DNA from: a virus
Lineage: Duplodnaviria > Heunggongvirae > Uroviricota > Caudoviricetes
DNA length: 64,000 nucleotides
Strand: one strand, 5' to 3'
Virus record (IMG/VR): IMGVR_UViG_3300020451_002055
Part shown: piece after piece, positions 9,643 to 18,623 of the stretch
Position numbering within the stretch: position 1 is the first letter of the stretch
Layout of the letters: the number at the start of each line of letters is the position of its first letter
Made by a program: the position numbers and the translations under genes
Notes under the pieces: model-generated
What the model was told of the DNA's origin: nothing
What the model saw: the letters and a program-made list of their open reading frames with translations, nothing else
Databases searched by the model: none

Positions 9643-10906
9643 GAACTTCATTGTTCGATCAGTCTCTACATCTCCTGTTGTAGCGGAAGGACAGACGAGC
9701 AAAAGAATAGTAGGTGATGATAACCTCAGGCAACTAGTCGGAAGAAAGGTGCCCTACGACATGCTCGATCCTCAAGACTTCAACATCAAAGATACATCGG
9801 AACTCAGAGTCGCCGTCGTCTGCAACTGGAATGACAAGTGCGGTATCTCAACATACACTGGCTATCTCGTTGAAGCGATGAAAGGAAAAGTCGCGGAAAT
9901 GAGGATATTCTCAGAACATACCGACGACCAAACTCAAGAAGATGAAGAGTTTGTCGAGCGATGTTGGACCCGAGGAGAAAGCCTTCTCCCTCTTGCCGAA
10001 CAAATCCTAGATTGGAATCCCGACTTCGTAATCATTCAGCACGAGTTTGGTATCTTCCCGAACGCTTTTCGCTTCATGCAGTTTACAGAAGCCCTTAACG
10101 GCACGCCATACGTCGTAGCTATGCATTCCGTCTACGAACATCTCGATAAACTAGTCTATACCGAGGCCTGCAAGAACATTATCGTTCATTCTAAAGACGC
10201 CAAAGAGACGCTAGAAAGACTTGGCAATACGAGACAGATTGATGTCATCCCCCATGGTTGCATCACCGCTGATGAAACCGATGAGCTATGGAACATCATG
10301 AGAAGCCCATACACGATCATGCAGTTCGGCTTCGGCTTCGAATACAAAGGCGTTGAAAGAGCTATCCAAGCGGTAGCCCACCTCAAGAGGACTGATCCTA
10401 AGTTTGAAAACCTTTTCTACTTTTTCCTATGGTCAACGAACTCTCATAACCTCGCTACGCAGAGCGACTACTATGACAAACTCATCAAGCTGGCAGAAGA
10501 AGAGGGAGTAAGAGACAATATCGCGATACTCAAGAAGTATCAGAGCGAGAGGATGCTCAATCTATATTTGAGACTAGCGAAGATGGTTGTCTTCCCATAC
10601 GTCGTCAACGGAGATAACAAGGTCTACGGAGCGTCAGGAGCCATCAGGATCGCCATGGCCCACGGTAAACCAGTTGTTGCATCGGACAGCCATCTCTTCG
10701 ATGATCTCGAAGGCGTTATCCCGAGACCAAAGGACCATCTCGAACTCGCTCAAGTCATCGATGAGATATTCAGCGACGACGAACGAAGAAACGAAGTCGT
10801 TCGCGCTGGCATCAACTACGTTCAGACCCATAGCTGGGACTATTCAGCAGATCGATACCTAGAATTGTATGCCAAGATCATGCGACAGAACGTCACATGT
10901 ATCTGA
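9587..10906 (+). CDS. Glycosyltransferase family 4 (GT-B)
   Basis: CGISTYT, IIQHEFGIF, FGFGFEYKGVE, VVFPY...SGAIRIAMAHGKPVVASD, SWDYSADRYLELY. Confidence 0.9.
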   Translation: MNNEKDCETEQTLYLSYDKNFIVRSVSTSPVVAEGQTSKRIVGDDNLRQLVGRKVPYDMLDPQDFNIKDTSELRVAVVCNWNDKCGISTYTGYLVEAMKGKVAEMRIFSEHTDDQTQEDEEFVERCWTRGESLLPLAEQILDWNPDFVIIQHEFGIFPNAFRFMQFTEALNGTPYVVAMHSVYEHLDKLVYTEACKNIIVHSKDAKETLERLGNTRQIDVIPHGCITADETDELWNIMRSPYTIMQFGFGFEYKGVERAIQAVAHLKRTDPKFENLFYFFLWSTNSHNLATQSDYYDKLIKLAEEEGVRDNIAILKKYQSERMLNLYLRLAKMVVFPYVVNGDNKVYGASGAIRIAMAHGKPVVASDSHLFDDLEGVIPRPKDHLELAQVIDEIFSDDERRNEVVRAGINYVQTHSWDYSADRYLELYAKIMRQNVTCI

Positions 10907-10999
10907 TACCCATGTTCTCATGAAGGTATTCAAGAAACAAGTCGATAATATACATTGTCAGCCTCCGGTGTGAAGCCCGGAGCATACTCCTTCCCGCAG

Positions 11000-11034
11000 C
11001 CCCGTCAGTCATTATTGGCTGGCGGGGTGTTTTC
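11000..11034 (+). terminator. Intrinsic terminator
   Basis: CCCCGTCAGTCA-TTAT-TGGCTGGCGGGG followed by TGTTTT, between convergent genes. Confidence 0.6.
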
Positions 11035-11361
11035 TTGGGGCGTATACCCCAACTCGGCCATCCGATCGTCAAAGGCAGCGAACGCGCCATCCTCATTTGG
11101 AACGATGAACTTGAGCATCGGGAGAGAAGAGACTCCGGCCTCTTTGACTCTCTCATAGTCGTCTTCGGCCATCGAGATCAAAACCAATGCCGCAGATGGA
11201 CTCCCGATGTTGTCGTTGACCACCTCGAAAGAAATGACCTGCGTTTCGCACCACGACCGCAGTTCGTCCAATCCCGCAGCGACCGTATGACGGGTGTCGG
11301 CGTGCGTCCGTTGACTCATTGGAACCGATGGATTCTTGAATTTGATGAGGTATTCGGGCAT
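11005..11361 (-). CDS. Hypothetical protein
   Basis: 118-aa ORF. Confidence 0.55.
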   Translation of the reverse strand: MPEYLIKFKNPSVPMSQRTHADTRHTVAAGLDELRSWCETQVISFEVVNDNIGSPSAALVLISMAEDDYERVKEAGVSSLPMLKFIVPNEDGAFAAFDDRMAELGYTPQENTPPANND

Positions 11362-11393
11362 CAGCCCATTGTAGCAGAAGGGATCAGCACCCG

Positions 11394-11618
11394 TTAGGCC
11401 GCTTGGAGGCGTTCCCGCATGACCGCTCGGACCTTCTCGGTGTCATGGCCCATTTTCAGGTACCGTTCCGCCTCTTGGACCATTTGGGCCAACTCTGCCG
11501 CATCCATGCCCTTCGAGCCGCCCCATTGCTCGATCATCTGCTGAATACCAGGCAAATCTCTCTTGGCAGATTCCCAGTGATAGTTGAGTTGAGCTACTAT
11601 TGTCTTATACCAGTTCAT
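11394..11618 (-). CDS. MNWY-leader protein 1
   Basis: Starts MNWYKTIVAQ, GGAG RBS. Confidence 0.7.
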   Translation of the reverse strand: MNWYKTIVAQLNYHWESAKRDLPGIQQMIEQWGGSKGMDAAELAQMVQEAERYLKMGHDTEKVRAVMRERLQAA

Positions 11619-11739
11619 TAGGTTCTCCGCGCGAATTTTTTGGAGGGCCTATTTTAGTACCCATGTTTTTGCTCCTGTACCCGGAGCCGCAGGCTCGGGC
11701 GCAGAAATTTTTTGGGCAGTACCCTTAGTACATTCTTTG

Positions 11740-12000
11740 TCAGATCGCAAAGTCAATCCTCCTCTGAGCCCTCGAAATATGCTCGATCGCCTTGCGGACC
11801 CTTTTGCGGGTATAAACGATATCAGGCTCCTGAAGAGCAGACGAGAGTTCTCTCGCAGCCCGGTTCAGATGGAGATTGATCTTGTTCTTATGAGGGTCGG
11901 CGTCGTCGATATCATCCGGACCGAACAGCCCCGTCGTCTGACGAGACGGACCGATAGGCCCCATGGCCGGAACGGATTGACATCTCTTATACCAGTTCAC
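11740..12000 (-). CDS. MNWY-leader protein 2
   Basis: GTG start giving MNWYKRCQS; GTGA overlap with upstream stop. Confidence 0.7.
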   Translation of the reverse strand: MNWYKRCQSVPAMGPIGPSRQTTGLFGPDDIDDADPHKNKINLHLNRAARELSSALQEPDIVYTRKRVRKAIEHISRAQRRIDFAI

Positions 12001-12584
12001 GATCTGCCCTCGATCTCTATCTGCGATTGGAACCACGCAACGATGATCTGAACGCCGTCGTTGAACGATACAACGATGCCGTCATAACCTAAGTTATCTC
12101 TTATGTAGTTGAAACCCTCTACCGTATCCGCATGGAAGAAATCATAGATAACGCTCATCATGGGCTTTCCGGCGTATTCCCTCACGACGGTCTCGATGAC
12201 GTTCTCTCGGCCCTCGTAGCCAACGTCGCCCCAGTTGTAGAGAAAGTCGTCTCCGAACTTGGACAGAGAATACTCAAGGGCCTGACGGACCTGGTTGGCG
12301 TCCATCGGAGGGAACTTCTCGAAGAAGGTTCCGGGTTGAACGCCGTCTATCTCGATGGGATTGGACAGATTGACCTTCGCCCTGATGACGCCCGGAGAAG
12401 AACCCTCGCCAACATACCGATTGGCGGTCCCCTCGTCGTTCGTGAAATAGAAGCCGGGTCCGTATTCGTCATTGCCGTTGCCTATGTATTCATAGGAGAA
12501 GCCCTTGTCGTAGATCGACTCGGCGTTGCCGGTTCCATGGAAAACGTCGTAGACGGGCATCGCTATCTTCCTATACCAGTTCAT
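11997..12584 (-). CDS. MNWY-leader protein 3, ADP-ribosyltransferase-like (H-Y clade)
   Basis: MNWYRKIA then VFHGT...YGPGFYFTNDEGTANRY and C-terminal GYDGIVV, as in ART domains of phage polyvalent proteins. Confidence 0.7.
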   Translation of the reverse strand: MNWYRKIAMPVYDVFHGTGNAESIYDKGFSYEYIGNGNDEYGPGFYFTNDEGTANRYVGEGSSPGVIRAKVNLSNPIEIDGVQPGTFFEKFPPMDANQVRQALEYSLSKFGDDFLYNWGDVGYEGRENVIETVVREYAGKPMMSVIYDFFHADTVEGFNYIRDNLGYDGIVVSFNDGVQIIVAWFQSQIEIEGRS

Positions 12585-14197
12585 CAGTAGAGCCCCTCGC
12601 TCGCTTGGACATCCTCCAAACGGACCCTCTCTAGAACGATGTCGTCCGGACCGAAGACCACGTTGGGAATTTTTTGCCAGACGTACCCAGTACCAGTCTC
12701 ATACACAGACGGAGGGATATCGACGCTGAACGCCTCCTGATCGTCATACGCCACGGCCCATACATGCTGATCCCCTATCTGAGCGTCGAACGTCGTGCAA
12801 CTAATATCCGCGGACGAGAGGATGTCGCAGAACGCAGATGCGATCTCCTGACAGATGCCGCCCGCCCCTAGCTCCATGTCCATGCCGTCCTCGTCCTGAT
12901 CCCACTGGTTGTATTCATTCTGAGCCGCTGACGCCAACTGCGGCAATAGCTGCTGCAGACGGGCATATAGGTCAACCTGCGGTTCGGACTGAGGCTGAAG
13001 AGCGGAGATGTCCGCTTCCGCCCATTCTTCGATAGGAGCAAAGCGGTAGGGACTCTTCTGCTCTATCCTGCTCGTCGCCATGAACGGGATGCTCGGATCG
13101 AACTCCAAATCCTTCGAGTTCATTACGATGGGAACAACGTAGAAACGACGCTTGTCGTTTCCCGAGAGCCAGTTGACCATCTTGCCGAAATCCGTAAAGA
13201 CGGTTCCTCCGGAGCCGACTCCGTTGTCATACAGAAGGGAAGGGTCTTGCTCGAAGTCCTCTGCTATGTGATGTTTCCAGACAAGAACCTGCTGATCAGG
13301 AACCTGAGCCCTTGCGAACAGACCTCTGAAGCCCCTGCCCATGATGGACCTTTGGTCGTCTATGCGGCTCTTCTCCGACAAGCCCCTGTCCTGAAGCATA
13401 TTCTTCATAACGGGATTCACAACATCTGCGTTCATCTCAAGATCGGGCATGTCGGCGCTCATGTCCTTGTAATGGGACATAGCCATGTCTGTCAAGCGGC
13501 CTCCGATGCCCTGACGCTGAAACGAAGGATCGACCACTACATCGAAGCTGTAGGAGTTTCCCTGAACAGAAGTAAACAGAGCGCCGACAACTCTGTCGCC
13601 GGAGACCGCAACCATGGACGGCTCCTTGTCGCTCAGAATGTTGATCGAGGAGTTCCTCGCCAGTTCATACGACTGCTCGTCGTAGTCGCCATCGGGATCT
13701 ACCCATTCGTATCTTATTCCCTGCTGAGAAACCCTTGTCAATCTTTCGCGGGACGAAGAGACTGTCTCTTGATAGTCATACTGCATGCCCGGAGTCCAGT
13801 CAAGAACAACCATAGCAGGAAGCGTCTGCGCTCCCATCATATGATGCAATGCGTCAAACCTATGCACGCCCTCCAAGATGTAAGGGCTAGGATCATCGTC
13901 AAATACGACGATTAGAGGCTCGATAGATTGGTTTTCTTGTATCTGACGAGCTAAGTCCTGCAAATAGGCGGTTTCTCTGCTATTCCTAGCCGAAATCGAC
14001 GTATTCGAGAACATAGAGTAGGGTATCTCTCTGATGCCGTCCAGTATCTCCCATTTGTAGGAGCTAGCGGATATGGAGTGCATTGAGTCCCCTATGGGTC
14101 TGAGAGGCATTCCCTGCCATTGCGTGATGACGGGTAGACTCTCTGCGGTCTGTCTCATCGGATGGTCTTGTTGGGCTATTCTTTGGAACCAGTTCAT
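12584..14197 (-). CDS. MNWF-leader multidomain protein: ParB-like + GNAT + unknown domains
   Basis: MNWFQRIAQQ; EPLIVV...YILEGVHRFDAL (ParB-like); VVVDPSFQRQGIGGRL (acetyl-CoA motif). Confidence 0.75.
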   Translation of the reverse strand: MNWFQRIAQQDHPMRQTAESLPVITQWQGMPLRPIGDSMHSISASSYKWEILDGIREIPYSMFSNTSISARNSRETAYLQDLARQIQENQSIEPLIVVFDDDPSPYILEGVHRFDALHHMMGAQTLPAMVVLDWTPGMQYDYQETVSSSRERLTRVSQQGIRYEWVDPDGDYDEQSYELARNSSINILSDKEPSMVAVSGDRVVGALFTSVQGNSYSFDVVVDPSFQRQGIGGRLTDMAMSHYKDMSADMPDLEMNADVVNPVMKNMLQDRGLSEKSRIDDQRSIMGRGFRGLFARAQVPDQQVLVWKHHIAEDFEQDPSLLYDNGVGSGGTVFTDFGKMVNWLSGNDKRRFYVVPIVMNSKDLEFDPSIPFMATSRIEQKSPYRFAPIEEWAEADISALQPQSEPQVDLYARLQQLLPQLASAAQNEYNQWDQDEDGMDMELGAGGICQEIASAFCDILSSADISCTTFDAQIGDQHVWAVAYDDQEAFSVDIPPSVYETGTGYVWQKIPNVVFGPDDIVLERVRLEDVQASEGLY

Positions 14198-14250
14198 AGG
14201 GGCCTCTGACGGTAGAGAGAAAGACAATCGTCATCCTTTGTCCGCGAAAT

Positions 14251-14580
14251 TTATTCGTATTGGCTTGGGTCTGCTTGGTAGACGGATGTTCCTTGGACGG
14301 GTTGTCCGCTGTAGAAGTATTCGCCCGGGTTGTATGCCTCGAAGACTGATGCAGCCGGGACCAATGCTCTGAGGACGTGGTATGGCTCGTCATCAACCGC
14401 CGCTCCATGCTCCGCGTGTTCCCTTGCGAACTTCATGCTCAGCGTTACATAGTCCATGTCGTTGAACTGAGTTACAGAAGCCGGAACCGCTCTGAGTATG
14501 GCTACGCTCCGATACTCGTATCCGGTCTCGGGAAGGGATCGTCCCTTCTGTCTGTCTTGGGCTAGCTTATACCAGTTCAT
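14251..14580 (-). CDS. MNWY-leader protein 5, degenerate ART-like domain
   Basis: MNWYKLAQ; ILRAVP...DYVTLSMKFAREH...NPGEYFY pattern. Confidence 0.6.
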   Translation of the reverse strand: MNWYKLAQDRQKGRSLPETGYEYRSVAILRAVPASVTQFNDMDYVTLSMKFAREHAEHGAAVDDEPYHVLRALVPAASVFEAYNPGEYFYSGQPVQGTSVYQADPSQYE

Positions 14581-14703
14581 ACAACCTCTCATGGTTGTTT
14601 TTTCGATATACAACCTCTGATGGTTGTAAACCTCAAAACGTTTATTCTCAGATGTAAACGCTATATCGTTTACTTTGCCAATATCAACAGTATAGCGTTG
14701 ACA

Positions 14704-15189
14704 TCAGATATCGCCGATTCTGCTTCCCTCTACTCTTGCGTATCCGTTGAAGCCGCCCACTTCATAGTCCCATTCATCGATTGTGTAGCCTTCCTTCTCG
14801 AACATGGCTAGAACCTCGTCGTGATGGTCTGCCCAATCTCCGAAGCTCATTTTGATGTTCTTTGGGCTATCCGGACGGTAGAAGACTTCGAGGCCCTGAT
14901 CGGGATAGGTCTTGTTGGCCTTCTCCGCCAGTAGGCGGAGGGAACTCGATTCATCCTTGCCCGCGAAAATCTTCAGCCTGCCGTTCTCAAGCCTAGAGAA
15001 GACGTGTTGGATGGCTCCGCCCGATGCGTCCCATGCGGCGGCTTCCTCTCTGCTGATCTCCTCGATGTCCGTTGCGTCATACAGAGCGGCGATATGCTCG
15101 GGTTTGATCGCCCTCATGATCATCGTGCCCGCTGGCAGCGTGACCCTGAAGTAGCGGACGGACTGAGATAGCTTGACATACCAGTTCAT
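14704..15189 (-). CDS. MNWY-leader protein 6
   Basis: MNWYVKLSQ, AAGGA RBS. Confidence 0.7.
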   Translation of the reverse strand: MNWYVKLSQSVRYFRVTLPAGTMIMRAIKPEHIAALYDATDIEEISREEAAAWDASGGAIQHVFSRLENGRLKIFAGKDESSSLRLLAEKANKTYPDQGLEVFYRPDSPKNIKMSFGDWADHHDEVLAMFEKEGYTIDEWDYEVGGFNGYARVEGSRIGDI

Positions 15190-15196
15190 AAAGTCC

Positions 15197-15829
15197 TTAG
15201 TAGCTCATGCCTTGAGGTTGACTGATGTTCGGAGAGACGACGGGAGCCATAGAATTCTGCTCCTGCTCGAACTCCCAATCGGCAGAAGGGTCTCCGGGGA
15301 ACCAAGGATCCTGCTCTTCATCGCCGTCGTTTCCGCTGTCATCGAGCAGGTTGTCGATCAGACTGACTATCCTGTTGACCTCCGAAGCGGCGGAATAAAC
15401 CGAATCAACCTTCTGAGCGTAGATGTTGTTTATATCGCCCTCGTCTCCGACCATGTTCTCCATGATCTCTCTCAGCTTTTCTATTTTGACTGACCACTCG
15501 GGTCTTTTGTCAAACATCGCATACGACCAATCCTTGTCGATGTCGATTTTCAGCGTGAACTCAACGCCCGGAGAATCGGCAGCCGTATCAAAGCTGCGAA
15601 CGTTGCGGTCCATGGCCGTATGAAGCTCAACCATGTAGTAAACAGGATACCCCTCCGAAGCATAGAAAGAGAACCAAGATATCTGCCCAACTCTGCCGCC
15701 GCTGGCTCTCTCGGGTAGGTGATCGACCCGCTTGACGCCCGGAACCATGTTGCGAAATGTGCCCTCAATAGCCTTCTTGAGACTATTGATAGGCAAAGCA
15801 GCGGCTTGTATCTTTCTATACCAGTTCAT
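15197..15829 (-). CDS. MNWY-leader protein 7
   Basis: MNWYRKIQAA, acidic tail. Confidence 0.7.
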   Translation of the reverse strand: MNWYRKIQAAALPINSLKKAIEGTFRNMVPGVKRVDHLPERASGGRVGQISWFSFYASEGYPVYYMVELHTAMDRNVRSFDTAADSPGVEFTLKIDIDKDWSYAMFDKRPEWSVKIEKLREIMENMVGDEGDINNIYAQKVDSVYSAASEVNRIVSLIDNLLDDSGNDGDEEQDPWFPGDPSADWEFEQEQNSMAPVVSPNISQPQGMSY

Positions 15830-15832
15830 GAG

Positions 15833-16138
15833 TTAGGCATACTTCTCGGGAGGGTCTTGAATCGGAACCTCGTCGCCGACGACGCCGTGTACCTTCTGGT
15901 ACAGCTCGTTCGCAGCCTGATCCGCTGCGGCCTGCTCCGCCTCCGGGTTCTCCGGCTGGGCCGGAACCCTGACCTCGTAGACCATGACGCCCCTGTAGCG
16001 GGCCATGCGCTGCGGTTCGCCTGTTTCCGGGTTTGGCTCCATCCCCTGAGCAGGATTGCCAAGCTGCGCTTCCTTCTTCTGCTTGGAATACGACCAAGCC
16101 GGAATCTGATTGTTGTAGTTCATGTGATCTCCATACAC
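15833..16138 (-). CDS. Hypothetical protein
   Basis: Pro/Glu-rich ORF directly upstream of MNWY cluster. Confidence 0.55.
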   Translation of the reverse strand: MYGDHMNYNNQIPAWSYSKQKKEAQLGNPAQGMEPNPETGEPQRMARYRGVMVYEVRVPAQPENPEAEQAAADQAANELYQKVHGVVGDEVPIQDPPEKYA

Positions 16139-16162
16139 GGATAGCTCTAGCTACTATTTCGA

Positions 16163-17131
16163 CTATCCGTCTGCTAATCCTTTGCGGTTTACCAGAGGAC
16201 TGATCGTGGAGCGATTCGCTATCAATCCTTTGAATGGACGATAAGCCGTTTTCGGAATCGGAATCGTCGGACGCTTCTTGTTGTCCTCTCTCCATATGTC
16301 CATGATGATCTTGCTTGTATCATCCGCCCCTCCTCGCATGGAGCTAAGAACAAATCCCTGAGCGTGACGCCTGCGAATTTCCGCCTCGTCCTCCTTGGGA
16401 TAGCCGTTCATCTCGGTATGGCCGCTGAAGAAGATCGTCATCTCAGACGTAGCCGGATCAAACTGCCATTTATGTTCCGGGTCTCTTGCTGCAGCGTAGT
16501 AGCCTCCGCATATCCATGCCATCCGGTTCTCGTAGCCGCTGTTGAACTCCCATTCCAAGGTATCCGGATTTCTCTGAACCGGGAAGGCCTCGCCTCCATA
16601 CTTCATGCCCATGGCGTAGAACGCCTGAGCTATCTTATGAGAAGCCTCGTAGTCCTGAGTTGCGGCGTCCCCGACGAACCAGTGACATCCGATGCGGTTC
16701 CAGTTGCCAACGGTTACGTTGAACCATTCTCGGTCCTCCGGCTTGCTCAGATCGGGAGTCCTGAGTTCGAGTTCGGGCATCTGAAGCGAATACGGGTCGT
16801 GAATCTTGTAGCCCATGTAGACGCCGATCTCGACTCCGGTCTCTCTGGACCAGGGCATAAGAATCTCCTCGAACTCCTGCTTGCGGTAATCGGGTAGCGG
16901 TCCCCATTGGGCGGAGGCCATCCATCGTTGGCGGTTGCTGCCTGCGGGCAACCATATGAGAAAGCGTTCGTAGCCGAGTTCTCGCATCGGCTCCATCTGA
17001 TGTTCTATGAGCCAATCGACGCCTCCCGGATCATAGAACCTGCGGCTCTGTCCCGTTGGCGTTTGATCGTAAAGACCGCCGTAGGTATTGATGGCGGCTA
17101 TAGGGCGACGGTCTATCTTGAAATCTTGCAT
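16163..17131 (-). CDS. Hypothetical protein
   Basis: 322-aa ORF, GGAGG RBS. Confidence 0.7.
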   Translation of the reverse strand: MQDFKIDRRPIAAINTYGGLYDQTPTGQSRRFYDPGGVDWLIEHQMEPMRELGYERFLIWLPAGSNRQRWMASAQWGPLPDYRKQEFEEILMPWSRETGVEIGVYMGYKIHDPYSLQMPELELRTPDLSKPEDREWFNVTVGNWNRIGCHWFVGDAATQDYEASHKIAQAFYAMGMKYGGEAFPVQRNPDTLEWEFNSGYENRMAWICGGYYAAARDPEHKWQFDPATSEMTIFFSGHTEMNGYPKEDEAEIRRRHAQGFVLSSMRGGADDTSKIIMDIWREDNKKRPTIPIPKTAYRPFKGLIANRSTISPLVNRKGLADG

Positions 17132-17242
17132 AGTATTACCTCCACCTATGGGCCTAAGCCAAAACCGTCACCCCTTCCTCCGCGAAAATTCCTAGAAAGC
17201 TCTTTTCCAATAAGTGAACTGCTGTTTTGATACAGTAGCCCT

Positions 17243-17608
17243 ATGAGAAAAACATACGATGATTGGGAGGACTTCTTTGCTCGCATCAAGCCGGGCAAGA
17301 CGCCTCGTCAGCTTTCCGCCATAACCAAGGTCAACATCACTCGGATGAGACAGCTTGCCTACGAGCATGGCTACGATCTGCAGGACACGCCAGCGAAGGT
17401 CTCGGACAACTTCTCTCCGAAGGACACGGCCATCAACCGGAAATGGGATTCCTTCTTCCGCGAAATCCCAAAGGGACTGACGCTCTTCGAGGTCGCAGAG
17501 CTTGCAGGTCGCAAGAGCGCTCAATACGTCGAGGCGAGAGCAGAGAAGCACGGCTACGCCCTTGCTCCTGCAAGACGCAGAAGCGGATACGGACCGTTCA
17601 CGCAGTAA
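17243..17608 (+). CDS. Putative DNA-binding protein with two HTH-like repeats
   Basis: Internal duplication WEDFFARI..GKT..QL..I..HGY / WDSFFREI..GLT..EVAEL..HGY. Confidence 0.55.
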   Translation: MRKTYDDWEDFFARIKPGKTPRQLSAITKVNITRMRQLAYEHGYDLQDTPAKVSDNFSPKDTAINRKWDSFFREIPKGLTLFEVAELAGRKSAQYVEARAEKHGYALAPARRRSGYGPFTQ

Positions 17609-17632
17609 GACAGCAGACGAGAGATGCGATAG

Positions 17633-17652
17633 AACCGCCTGAGGGCGGTTTT
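17633..17652 (+). terminator. Intrinsic terminator
   Basis: AACCGCC-TGAG-GGCGGTTTT. Confidence 0.65.
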
Positions 17653-17794
17653 GTCGTGTCAAATAATCAGCAAGTCGGGGGGTCCGAATCATACCGGTCC
17701 CAACCCGCTTATCCCCGGCAGGTTGCGGACCGGCAACCTATGACTTAGGAGCTTGGAAGCCCGGAGACTCGAACCCGCGTCGCCGGGATGAAAA

Positions 17795-18094
17795 CTATGT
17801 ATGCATTCTCTTTTCGAGCCAACCCGTGTCTCTCAAATCTGAGAGTCGGATGTCATCCAAAACATCCGGCTGCGTGACCAACTCTGCATACCAAGCGGCA
17901 AGCTCCATCGGACCCTGACGAGAATACTCGTAGGGGTTGCCTCCCCTATACTCAACATCCAGGTCTCTGTTCCGGTTGATATCAATGGCCTTGTGGAAGC
18001 CTCTGATGATCTTTTCCATCTCTTCCCGCGAAATCTCAGCCACCGTAAGGCTCCTCATTGGGTTGGTGCAGTCCGCACTCAGGACAAGGCTCAA
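17795..18094 (-). CDS. Hypothetical protein
   Basis: 99-aa ORF. Confidence 0.5.
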   Translation of the reverse strand: MSLVLSADCTNPMRSLTVAEISREEMEKIIRGFHKAIDINRNRDLDVEYRGGNPYEYSRQGPMELAAWYAELVTQPDVLDDIRLSDLRDTGWLEKRMHT

Positions 18095-18220
18095 CGAACA
18101 GCCAGAGATGGCTATGGCCGTCGAACTCGATGGCGAGACCCTTCATCTCGTAGCCGCAGCCCCAGCAAAGGTGCCCGTCGCTTACCTCTTGCGGCGAATC
18201 GGATGTCTTATCGCCGCAGA

Positions 18221-18592
18221 TCATGCGGGGATTCCCGTATCCCATTCGTAGGTCTTGGGGCCGTCCTCGCCCGCTTCCCACTCCCGAACGATCTCATCGT
18301 ATCTCTCGCCCGCGAGAATTCGGAGGGCCTGATCCAGAGCATGCTGCTTGTGGTGACCGCCGTCATGACAGCCCTGATTCATGATGACGCTGATCGCCTC
18401 ATCGATACGGGTTTGCAGACCATCAGGATCCGCATCCCTCGCCTCTCCCGACAGAATCGTGCCCACCTGCTCGATGAACTGCTCGATCTCTGTAACCCTC
18501 TTCTCAAGGGCCTGCATGTCGCTTGTGTTCGACTTGAGCTTCCGCTCAGCGGCGTCGAGACGGTTCAGAATCGGATTCCTCGTTGTATGCAT
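18221..18592 (-). CDS. Hypothetical coiled-coil protein
   Basis: 123-aa ORF downstream of cas3. Confidence 0.55.
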   Translation of the reverse strand: MHTTRNPILNRLDAAERKLKSNTSDMQALEKRVTEIEQFIEQVGTILSGEARDADPDGLQTRIDEAISVIMNQGCHDGGHHKQHALDQALRILAGERYDEIVREWEAGEDGPKTYEWDTGIPA

Positions 18593-18623
18593 GCTCCGAG
18601 CATATCAACAATGACCTTCACTC

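Noticed and set aside
17750-18150. Full tmRNA gene
   Set aside because: A 3'-like arm is present, but no complementary GGG(A/G)GCC 5' strand was found upstream or downstream, and the upstream region holds plausible ORFs
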